Positions 12,786 to 23,289 of a DNA stretch of 48,150 bases are shown here, piece by piece. The notes below the pieces were generated by a model, which ran no database searches, was not told the origin of the DNA, and saw nothing but the letters and a program-made list of their open reading frames with translations. The DNA comes from Octopus bimaculoides (Eukaryota), in contig NC_068985.1 in assembly GCF_001194135.2 (NCBI RefSeq), forward strand, positions 73,700,230-73,748,379. Reading direction: 5' to 3'. The translations under genes and the position numbers were made by a program. How positions within the stretch are numbered: the first letter of the stretch is position 1; each line of letters begins with the position of its first letter.

Positions 12786-13799
12786 CACATGTTTTAGTGT
12801 ATATGCATATATGTATATATGTGTGTAAGTATACATGTAAGTACACGTATGTATACATGTATGTATATGTATATGCGAATCTGTTTATTTGATTAGGTAA
12901 TAGGCGTAGATGTATAGCTATGTGTATGTGTATGAGTCTATTTCTATTTATACATGTGTGTATATATAAATGGATACATATGTGTATTTGGGGACATGCA
13001 AACATGTGTATATTTGTATATGCGTGGGTACGTATGTGCATATGTATAAATGTGGACGTATGAATGTATATATATGCGTGTGGATGCGTTATGGATACGT
13101 TATAAGTATGTATGTAATATATACATACATACACACACATACACACACAAACACATATACATATATATATATATGTATGTATATATATATATATATGTGT
13201 ATATATAGTTTTAGGGAAAATAACCAATTTTCAAGAACTCATCGATAAGGCTCAATTTAATTTTAATTTTTTATAAATTGATTTTAATTGAGTTCTTTAC
13301 CTGTAATTTTGGATTTCGTCCCTAATAATATTATNNNNNNNNNNNNNNNNNNNNNNNNNNNNNNNNNNNNNNNNNNNNNNNNNNNNNNNNNNNNNNNNNN
13401 NNNNNNNNNNNNNNNNNNNNNNNNNNNNNNNNNNNNNNNNNNNNNNNNNNNNNNNNNNNNNNNNNNNNNNNNNNNNNNNNNNNNNNNNNNNNNNNNNNNN
13501 NNNNNNNNNNNNNNNNNNNNNNNNNNNNNNNNNNNNNNNNNNNNNNNNNNNNNNNNNNNNNNNNNNNNNNNNNNNNNNNNNNNNNNNNNNNNNNNNNNNN
13601 NNNNNNNNNNNNNNNNNNNNNNNNNNNNNNNNNNNNNNNNNNNNNNNNNNNNNNNNNNNNNNNNNNNNNNNNNNNNNNNNNNNNNNNNNNNNNNNNNNNN
13701 NNNNNNNNNNNNNNNNNNNNNNNNNNNNNNNNNNNNNNNNNNNNNNNNNNNNNNNNNNNNNNNATACATATATATATATATGTATGTATATATATATAT

Positions 13800-14370
13800 A
13801 TATAACGGGCACATCCATAATACTACCACATCCATAATATGAAAATATGCAGATTTATTCGAGAATCCTGACAACGAGACTATAGTTTCAAAGGCGACTA
13901 CTTGAATAAAATCTACATATTTTATTGTACTCAATATATTTTGAAATGAAGGTGTTGATTAATAGTTGTCAAACGCGAGATTGAATATGTACATGCGTTT
14001 ATCTGCACACTCACAAGGATACCCCATATATTATATAGCACAGACAAAACTATATAGAGAAACACAGAGAGACTCATACACATATATATATTTGCGATAA
14101 CCCTACACAACTGTGGAAATTTACTCGAATGCATGCTTGGCTACTTTGGGACTATGCTGAGGACAAAGGACTTTATCAGGTATTAGGAATATAACATTAT
14201 GCCACGGCCTCCATGACCTGATTTCTCCATCAGGACGATTTTGTTTTGGAATAAAACACCATTTGCTGAAATCTAAATCAAGAATCATATGGAAATAAAT
14301 CATATTTACATCATTTTATTCATGCATTTAAATAATCTAAAATAACCATTGATAACTCCACAAAAACCTC
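13800..14370 (+). mobile_element. possible R4/Dong-like LINE RT remnant, very decayed
   Basis: ENPDN, HGLHDLISPSGRFCFGI (cf. GIFQGDSLSPLxFC), HHFI..NNLK (cf. HLxYMDDLK). Needs several frameshifts. Confidence 0.35.
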
Positions 14371-14374
14371 GAAT

Positions 14375-14530
14375 GGATACGTTATAAGTAACTGAGCGGT
14401 TCGGCAAAAGACTCCAATATAATGTGTACCAAGCATACACAGAATAAATCCTGGGATCGATTTGTTCGACTAAAGGCGGTGCTCCAGCACGGCCGCGGTC
14501 AAATGACTGAAACAAATAAGGGAATAAAAG
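14375..14530 (+). mobile_element. SINE family A, 3' half
   Basis: taactgagcggttcggcaaaag..gatcgatttgttcgactaaaggcggtgctccagcacggccgcggtcaaatgactgaaacaa. Confidence 0.88.
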
Positions 14531-14767
14531 AGTAGAGAGTGATAGGGTCCGGTGCGTAAGTTGCCATCATTTAATATTTTTAATTACGCGCATGCGCAAT
14601 ATTTGCTTTTGAATTTTGTTGACTGCACAATATAGATGGGGCAGCTGGGTGCCGTCCGTAAAGAAAATTGCACCGTGGTGGAATTTACTCTGCCAGAAAT
14701 TTGGAAACAACATGCTGTACTGCTTGATATTACACATTCATCCATACACACACGCACACACACACAG

Positions 14768-14802
<35 letters not shown>

Positions 14803-14861
14803 CACAGACACACAGACACACACACACGCATGCACACACATACATACACACACACAGAGAC

Positions 14862-14917
<56 letters not shown>

Positions 14918-14937
14918 GGGGAGATAGATAGATAGAT

Positions 14938-14968
14938 ATACTAGCAGAGATACCCGGCGTTGCTCAGG
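14938..14968 (+). mobile_element. possible Helitron-type non-autonomous element 5' terminus
   Basis: atACTAGcagagataCCCGGCGTTGCTCaGG directly after (GATA)n. Resembles recalled ACTAG..CCCGGCGTTGCCCGG Helitron/HINE termini; no 3' end found. Confidence 0.4.
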
Positions 14969-14994
14969 AATGAAATGGCATATTTATTTATTCT

Positions 14995-15135
14995 TACCTT
15001 TTACTTGTTTAAAACATTTCACTGTAGTGTTACTGGAGTATTGCATTTAGTCGAACGAATTGACCCCAAATACTCATTCTATGGGTCTCTTTTTTGAAGC
15101 TGCTAAATTAAGGGGATGTAAACATACCAACATCA
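14995..15135 (-). mobile_element. SINE family A, degenerate 3' half, interrupted by family D element
   Basis: ttttacttgttt..agtcgaacgaattgacccc..gctaaattaaggggatgtaaacatacc. Confidence 0.72.
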
Positions 15136-15137
15136 TT

Positions 15138-15317
15138 TTAATTATTTACATTATTTACATTTGACGGATATTTGTCACCAACTTGTTTGTTGCTAATACA
15201 AGGCTTCGGCTGATAAACCATCCAGTCTTCATCAGGTAACTTGGGGAAATTTCGAACCTGGGTTCTCATTCCTGAGATATTGTTGATGTTGTTATTACTG
15301 TTATTATTGTTATTGTT

Positions 15318-15410
<93 letters not shown>

Positions 15411-15497
15411 ATCACTGCCTGCAATCGAACTCGGTATCTTGTGGTTTGTAGCTCTCGCTCTGAACCACTACTTCATATGCCCGGTGATGGGCATATG
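15138..15497 (-). mobile_element. tRNA-headed SINE (family D) with internal (TAA)n and hammerhead-like 3' region
   Basis: Minus strand: A-box tgaagtagtggtt, B-box gagttcgattgc, (TAA)~28 (15322-15407), then cCTGATGAagactg-gatggtttat-cagccGAAg, and an (atgtaaata)2 tail. Confidence 0.75.
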
Positions 15498-15542
15498 TGT
15501 ATACAAATCTATATACACATATACATATCTATATAAATATAC

Positions 15543-15624
15543 TGCATCTGAGTATATTTAATTACATTTTGTATGTTTTGTATGCAAGTGTATACCTGTG
15601 TTGCTATATTCGTTTGGTTAATAT
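15543..15624 (-). repeat. right arm of 82-bp long-range inverted repeat (partner 12704-12785)
   Basis: 79/82 identity; all three differences are transitions. Confidence 0.95.
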
Positions 15625-15844
15625 TTCCTGTGTTAGCACACACCACTTTGGCTCTTTTGGATCCACACACAGAGGCGCGCACACGCATGCACGTTGAAAC
15701 ACAGGCTCAAACACACACCCACACACACGCACACATATATATATATATACATATATTGAAATAAAAGAAGCGCTAGTCAACCACATATACGTAAAATATA
15801 TATCTTGTGTTTTTCTTAGGTATTCAGCGGTGTAGCGTGTTAGG

Positions 15845-17787
15845 GAATGCTCTCAAGACGCTGGCTATTAGATCACCTGAAGGTGATGGACAGGTGAGAT
15901 ACCTCACCTCTACTTCAACCCAGGAGTAATGGATAATTATCTTCCACCATTTTTGCAGTTTATCAACATCATGCACCCGAACAGAATCAGAGATAAATCA
16001 TATCACCGGTCCACAACTTCTATACATATAGCATGAAAACTATGCACCAATATGTCTGAACAATGCATTCGTAAGAATAATTTCAAATATAAAATAGTTT
16101 ACGGGAGTGTTATCTCCTCTGCCCATGTCTTCGAGGTGTTTTAACAACTGGCACTTTGCAAGAACATTCTCCACAACACCAAATTGCAGCCTGGTGGTAA
16201 AAACTAGGATAGTGTACAACAGGTACATGTGGCTGAAAATACTTATATATATGTATATATATATGTATATATATATATATNNNNNNNNNNNNNNNNNNNN
16301 NNNNNNNNNNNNNNNNNNNNNNNNNNNNNNNNNNNNNNNNNNNNNNNNNNNNNNNNNNNNNNNNNNNNNNNNNNNNNNNNAGAATATACTATGGTATTAT
16401 CCAAACAATTCCAAAATCAAGCTGATCAAAAATCAAAAATAGCAACATGGATTTTAAAGATTATTGCAGTACGCACGTTTCATGCTGTCTCCGTTTATTT
16501 AAGTAATGCGAGCATTACTTTAAATGAAAAATGCAGAGCAATCCTCAGCTGCACAAGGATATAGAAAATTTACCGAATTGTACTGTTGTGACGACATTTA
16601 AAATCTAAGTGGGAAAGAAGAATCCATAAAAACCAACTTGACATAGCCAAGGATAGCAGGCTAGTAATTAATTCTAGGTAGAATTCTAACTGTCTCTGAT
16701 TTTATTAGTTTCTTATGTAGTGATTTAAAGTGTAATGGGGCAATCAATCTTTCACTTATAAGGAAAGGGAAGGTGTAAGCATTATACATGTATATGGTTG
16801 TAAAGATTCCTCTGGTCATAGTGGCAACACAAATTTAGGTTTTTCTTACTACTAGCATAATGGAGGGGAAATTTAACATTAAGCATCTCGGTCAACAGGT
16901 CTTTTTCTTTTGTCTGAATAATGTATCGGTATTGTTTTACATATACTAAGTAAGAAAAACTTATAGACATGAATATTAGCTTAATTATTATGTTAATAAT
17001 GATAAGGTGTGAAGTTTTGAATTATTTTAAAAATGATTTTAAATTTAAAATTTAAGCTAATATATCTAATATTATTTGAAAGGCACATAAGAGGTAAAAT
17101 TTATTTTTATTTTTAAATTTTTAAAATGCAAAGTATTAATATAGGATTTACATAGTTTATAATAATGGGTTTATCACTGTTTAAGGAACTAATAAAAAGA
17201 ATGGTAGGAATTAACAAAGAATTCAATAATAATCCAAGACATCTAATAGAGAACATGATAATTATGTACACGTTTTATAATACCATCTTATATAGTCAAG
17301 AACTTGTTTTAAAGCTAACATGGGCTAATTACAGAATATTCATGAAACAAGAATTAGATTTATTTAAGTCAAACTATAGAATAACTATAACACTACCACT
17401 ACAAGTCCTGAAATAATGGAATAATAAGGATCCTATTAGAGTCAGGCATTAAATAAAATGAAATATAAAATTTTTCATGGTTTGAGAACTAATTAAAAAT
17501 ACTAAGAACTTACAAGCCCTCCTATTCTTATAAGCTACATAGGGTAAAAATAAGTAAGATACATACTAAGGACTAACAGCCATAGCAGAAGTGGTGTGAA
17601 AAAATATGTCATTCAGGAATAAAGTTGAAATCTTAGTTATCACAAGATTGTATGTTAAGGTGAGAGATCAGAAATATATGTTATAAAGTTTCAATATCAA
17701 AATTAAATATGTGCTAATTAATAGGCCAAAATGAACATGGTAGATGTTGGAATACCACATCATTATACATTTAACTACTTTTTAAAA
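15845..17787 (+). mobile_element. R4/Dong-like (restriction-endonuclease type) LINE remnant, decayed, split by microsatellite and gap
   Basis: In order: ALKTLAIRSPEGDG, ENYAPICLNNAFVRII (16035; cf. NYRPITCL), IAAW..DSV..WL, LCSDLKCNGAIN, RFFL..HNGG (cf. RLYLPRxxGGRG), KYKIFHG (cf. KxLHG), GLTAI. Confidence 0.6.
16431..16697 (+). repeat. left arm of ~270-290 bp inverted repeat (partner 17788-18077)
   Basis: Hand alignment roughly 85-90% with one ~20-bp indel; innermost 49 bp have one mismatch. Confidence 0.95.
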
Positions 17788-18076
17788 AGAGACAGTTAGA
17801 ATTCTACCTAGAATTAATTACTAGCCTGCTAGCCTTGGGTATGTCAACATGGTTTTTATGTATTCTTCTTTCTCACTTAAATTTTGAATGTTGCCACAAG
17901 AGTAAATATGTCCATTCTGCTGAAATGTAATTTTCAGTAAATTTTCTATATCCTTGTGCAGTTGAGGATTGCTCTGCATTTTGCATTTAATGTAATGCTC
18001 GCATTCCTGAAATAAATGGAGTAGCCTGAAACGTACGTACTGCAATGACCTTTAAAATCCGTGTTGCTTTTTGGAT

Positions 18077-18077
<1 letters not shown>
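17788..18077 (-). repeat. right arm of inverted repeat; inverted copy of LINE RT segment
   Basis: Reverse complement of 16431-16697; carries the 74-aa open frame 17821-18045 (IQNLSEKEEY); ends at (CA)n. Confidence 0.93.
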
Positions 18078-18148
<71 letters not shown>

Positions 18149-18290
18149 TACATATATACACACGGACACACACACACGCATATATATATATATATATATG
18201 TATATAATCGAGGAAGAATCAAACATATATATTTCTATGTAGATTTGCATGTCTGTATAATCGTACATATTTATATATATGTGTGTGTAT

Positions 18291-18328
<38 letters not shown>

Positions 18329-18335
18329 ATGTGTG
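18078..18335. repeat. compound (CA)n/(TA)n/(TG)n microsatellite
   Basis: Seen directly. Confidence 0.95.
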
Positions 18336-21169
18336 TGTTCACGTGTCTGGCTACGTGTAAGGTAAGTTACGGCACAGTCCTCCTTTGCCCTGTTACGGTT
18401 ACACTTTATTAAATGCACATGATCTATGGCAGAAAAGTGATACTAATCAGCCCATATTGTGACTTCAAACCGTATGCTGGAAAAGGGAACTTCATGTCAC
18501 TAATTACGACAATATTTGTATGTGTACATCAATGAATATTCATTAGCTCTTTAAATTAACCAAAATCACTTAAAGAAAGAAATTAACGATTTGTTGTTTG
18601 TGCTCTCCTTCATTCTTGTTTTCTACTAGTGTCTTATAATTCCTTGCCTTTTGAAGAATTGAATAGATTTTGTCAAGACAACACCAAAACGAATTTTAAA
18701 TTTTTCGTTTCCGATCTTCTAGGTAGCATGTGCATTTCTCGCCGTGTGAGTTTATTGCGAATGGGGTGATTGTAAATTAGTAATGTTACCTCTGTCGTAT
18801 TTACGTTCTATAATCGGTAATACCTAATTTATGATAAATAACGAGAACACAGATTATAAAACATGATGCTATATTATTGTTAAAAGCTACATTATACTTC
18901 GGATACCATGATAATAGCATTTCAATGTGAAAGTTTACAGGAAACCTAAGAGAGAAAAATATATAAAAAAATATATTTAAAAAAAAAAAACGTTACGGCT
19001 ATAAGACTATACACAATGTGACATTACGTGAGTTTTAAATTATTGACTTCACATTAACAGACAAGACTCGAAAAGAGTAGATAAAGCAGAATCAACGTTA
19101 CACAGGAAATTTACTTTTACATCATGTAAATATTTTATTTTACCTAACTTTTGTGTTTAAAATAGAATTACACTAAATATTTTGTTACATACTAACTTGC
19201 ATATTCTAAACCACCCACTAATGCGATCTGTGAGGATTAAAAAACTACAAAGGGTTGTTTTTATACCTGATATTGTAAATATTGTTTGTAGTATACGTAG
19301 ATAATTTTTCTATGTTATAAAGAAATATTCCTGACATAAATGTTGTATATCGTTATCTGCTTATATTTAGAAATTTCAGATGATGTTGCATATATGTATA
19401 ACATTTTAATTAAGTTACAGCAGTTTCTTTGATACAATTCACTGTGTCCACATACAAAATATGGTACTCAGTACAAGAGGAGTGAGTTTAAAAACAGTGT
19501 TTACAAACAGTTTAAAAACGGTATTTGTCAAAAAACAGCGTACGCAAGACCTACCAAGTGAAGTAGCAATAAAATCACGATCGAATGAAGATGTTTCTGT
19601 ATAGACATACGACATATTAGAATTCGTAAACACAATTTCAACTACATTTCACTAGTTAATTTAGAAAATGTCTATATTTCATCCTACATTTCAGCATATG
19701 GTCCTCATTATGGGTGAAATTTCACTTGTTGTGGTCACCCTGGCGTTAATTCTAGAATTATTACCTGCAATCAAAGAGTTAAAATTAATTGGGTCCTGCT
19801 AATAGAAGGTGAATGCAGTAACTTTGAGTAAGCAGTTATCTTCCAGCCATAAGATACTTGATATTTTTTTGTTGTTTAAAAATACTTTTATTTTGTGATG
19901 AGGTATTGTGTTTTCTTTTTCTTTGATGTAAACTGTCAAATATATCTCAAACATCTTGTAGATATACTTATCCAAACTGTGAATGATATATGACTCACCA
20001 AGTTATATCATTATACATGACTAATCGAACACAATGTCGCTATACCTAATCTTTAATTGTTATATATTTTACTTGTTTTACTTATTGAATGAATTTGCTG
20101 CTATTTGAGTTATTTTAGTTCGGATACAATCGATAAATCTTATCTTAACATTCTGAGTTCAGATATTTCCGTGAACAGCTCTGTGTTTCATTCCTCCAGT
20201 ATCATTAACAAAAGGACCACTTATGTGCATGTGGATAGTGCCATCGAATAACCCCTGTCTTCAAAATTGTTGCAGCTGTAACTAAATTAGAAAGAAATGT
20301 TTTAATTTTCTGTAATTCAGTTACCTCAAACTTGGAGATTTTTCGTTTGAGGGTAGTTGAGTAATACGCGTTAATTATAAAAGAGTTTGCTTTCTTTCAT
20401 CATCGTTCCAGCAAAGCAATACTTGTCTTAGAGGGAGATTCGGCATACAGATACGGCTTCTTTTAGTTATTACTCCGGCGTCAAGGGATATTGTTAGGAA
20501 TGTAAAATTAAACTAAACCAAAAAGTAGTGTGAACCGTGTGACATAGACACGTATGTGAAATTTATAACTTGTGGATAAAAAGTCTGCTTACGTTGTAGC
20601 TGCTCAATATTAGAACGCGATCATAAGTGAAATATTTTGTTTGTATGTAAATATGGAAGGAATGCAGTACAATTTCTACCGGCTATTGGAAACATATTAG
20701 TTTTTTCAATCCAATACATCGAACAAAAATACTGAAATATCTATAGCCATAGAAACGAATGACCAAACAAGATAGAAGCGAGAAATAATGCTGAACTACG
20801 AGGATGATCTTCAATGGCCGAGACATGTGGTCATTAAATCTTGTCACACAACAATTGTTCACATATATATATATAACAACAATGAAGTGTAACTAAATAA
20901 ACATGATGATAGCAAAAACAGTCAAAAATGTAAGAAACAAGAATAAAAGACAAATCCCAGCTGGATTTGTTTTAAACACACACACACCCGCGAGCATAAA
21001 CTCAAGCATAGACACATACACACATGCGAACACATATTTAGTTGGGTAGAGTAGATCTCTTCTTACTGTGAGTTTCATTTATGTGCGGACAGAAACTTCA
21101 GACAAGTTATGAAGGTATTACGATTCTCTGCATCCATCGAAGAAAGTCTCAGTAGCAAAAGACTGGCTC

Positions 21170-21720
21170 AATCAAAATAAAATATATAATTGATCTCCAC
21201 TACGTTATTTCTTCTCTTTTGAAACCAAATTTTTCCACTATTTCTCCCAAAACTTCCTGTTGGAAAGGGCGAATACCCAGAGCATGGAATCCTTAATTAT
21301 CAAACATCGTCTTTGATGGGCCGGCCATGTCAACAGGATGAAACCGTTCTTCCTCAAATCCTCTTCAGCGAATCAGCTCCAGAGAAAAGAAGATGAGAAG
21401 TCACCTTTCGACGCTTTACAGATCAATCAGTTACATACAACTCTGAAGCAGACAGGCTTTGATCCCTGGCTTTTGAGCCGCCGACCGAAAGCAACTGTCT
21501 TGACTACTGACAAAAATATAAGCAATAATGTGAGAGTGTTTGAAAGAGAAAAGATTTTAAAAAAAACAAACAAAGCTAACGACCGTCACCTACATTCTCT
21601 TCTGACTAACGCAATCACATGTTTTACACGAAGATTGGCCTCATTGGCAACATTGGACACCGGCTTATGGATTCAAATATTGGTCCGGGAGGAGAAATCC
21701 ATTCCCCTATTCAAGAGACC
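21170..21720 (+). mobile_element. RTE (BovB-like) LINE 3' end fragment
   Basis: LLERANTQSMESLIIKHRL*WAGHVNRM (cf. QLRWAGHVxRM), PQILFSES..KRR..RRFTD, FDPW, TFSSD*RNHMFYTKIGLIGNIGH (cf. CxxCxRxFxSRIGLxSHxRxH). Confidence 0.85.
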
Positions 21721-22189
21721 ACACTGACAAACAGACAAAGATACACACACACATGCATATATATACATAGAGATACATATATGCACACGCACACACAAAC
21801 ACACACACTTACACGTACGCGCACACACAGACATACATGTTTATTACACTGTATGTTATATTTTAGTAAGTACTTCGCCAAAATGTGCAAAACATTGTGC
21901 CAATCTTTCGTCTAAGATTATCAGAGGCATATCCCTTCGCAAATCAGGGACGTTCACATTATCTTCTTACATTCATTGATAAGACGGAAATAAAAAGAAA
22001 GTAGTGGCATGCTTGCAAGATGGAGGGTCTTTGAATTTTAAAATCAAGAAGGGGTGATATTTTTTCAAATCTTGCACATAATTTTGAAGCAAGATGACTA
22101 AACAAGAGTGGAGCATTTGCAAAAACATTTCAGTATCTCAAACGTTTTTCCTGGTATTTGATATGACTTAAAGCTATATTTCATCATAC

Positions 22190-22844
22190 GTCTTTTATTT
22201 GCTTTAGTCAATGGACAGCAGCCTGGCTGGGACAACCACCTTGATGGTTTTTAGTCGCAAAAATCACCCACAGCATTTACATTTCAAAGACTAGTACTTA
22301 CTGTCTCGGTATTTTATGTCAAATCGCTAAATTACGGGACTGCATGTCTGTCGTTGGTGTTGAGGGATAGGTACAAACACATGCACACATATACACACGC
22401 ATACATACACAACCATGTATATGGTATATGTACACACACACACACATGTATATACATATACATACATACATACATATATATATATNNNNNNNNNNNNNNN
22501 NNNNNNNNNNNNNNNNNNNNNNNNNNNNNNNNNNNNNNNNNNNNNNNNNNNNNNNNNNNNNNNNNNNNNNNNNNNNNNNNNNNNNNNNNNNNNNNNNNNN
22601 NNNNNNNNNNNNNNNNNNNNNNNNNNNNNNNNNNNNNNNNNNNNNNNNNNNNNNNNNNNNNNNNNNNNNNNNNNNNNNNNNNNNNNNNNNNNNNNNNNNN
22701 NNNNNNNNNNNNNNNNNNNNNNNNNNNNNNNNNNNNNNNNNNNNNNNNNNNNNNNNNNNNNNNNNNNNNNNNNNNNNNNNNNNNNNNNNNNNNNNNNNNN
22801 NNNNNNNNNNNNNNNNNNNNNNNNNNNNNNNNNNNNNNNNNNNN

Positions 22845-22889
<45 letters not shown>

Positions 22890-23050
22890 ATATATATATA
22901 TATATGTGTGTGTGTACGCAGCGAACTTCTATTATGTCCGACAAATCGACTATCAAAACTTTGGTCATCTATAACAGAAGACAATTCCCCATCAGTGGAA
23001 CTGAACACGGAACTAAGCAACTGAGAATCAAGCTTCTTGCCAGGCAGCAG
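22190..23050 (-). mobile_element. SINE family A, degenerate full-length copy with expanded internal microsatellite containing a gap
   Basis: Tail half at 22190-22375 (ctagtactta..cgctaaattacggg); head half at 22915-23050 (tcagtggaactgaacacggaac..caagcttcttgcca); CA/TA tract and 359 N between them. Confidence 0.65.
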
Positions 23051-23289
23051 TATTGTTGATACCGAGCGCCTTCCTTACTTTTACATATAAGGACCTTCTC
23101 TCAGTCGAAGTCAGTTTGAATTTTGGAAGGCTTCAGATATCGGAATTTGGTATAAACGATTAATTGTTAAATAGCAACACATTTTCACGAACGCTCGCAT
23201 ACAGAGGCGCAATCCAACCTCACGCGCACGCGGGTACACATATATTTACGTATCTATATATATATGTATGTGTACGTGTCGGAGTGTGT

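Noticed and set aside
15241-15561. 106-aa poly-Leu ORF resembling a signal or membrane protein
   Set aside because: Translation of the (TTA)n tract on the antisense strand of a SINE.
16980-17170. Very AT-rich stretch suggesting a mitochondrial insertion (NUMT)
   Set aside because: No recognisable mitochondrial rRNA, tRNA or protein motif.
16431-18077. Parvovirus/Polinton-like ITRs or an autonomous foldback transposon (NHIHV looked like an HUH motif)
   Set aside because: Arms and spacer carry LINE RT motifs in the expected order on the plus strand. There is no TSD or terminal signature, and the HUH-like word is on the opposite strand amid stops.
18340-18370. Perfect splice donor AAG|GTAAGT
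   Set aside because: Preceded directly by a (TG)n microsatellite, with no acceptor or open exon.
21338-21727. 129-aa ORF as a host gene
   Set aside because: Lies wholly within an RTE 3' fragment; the diagnostic motifs are spread over shifted frames.
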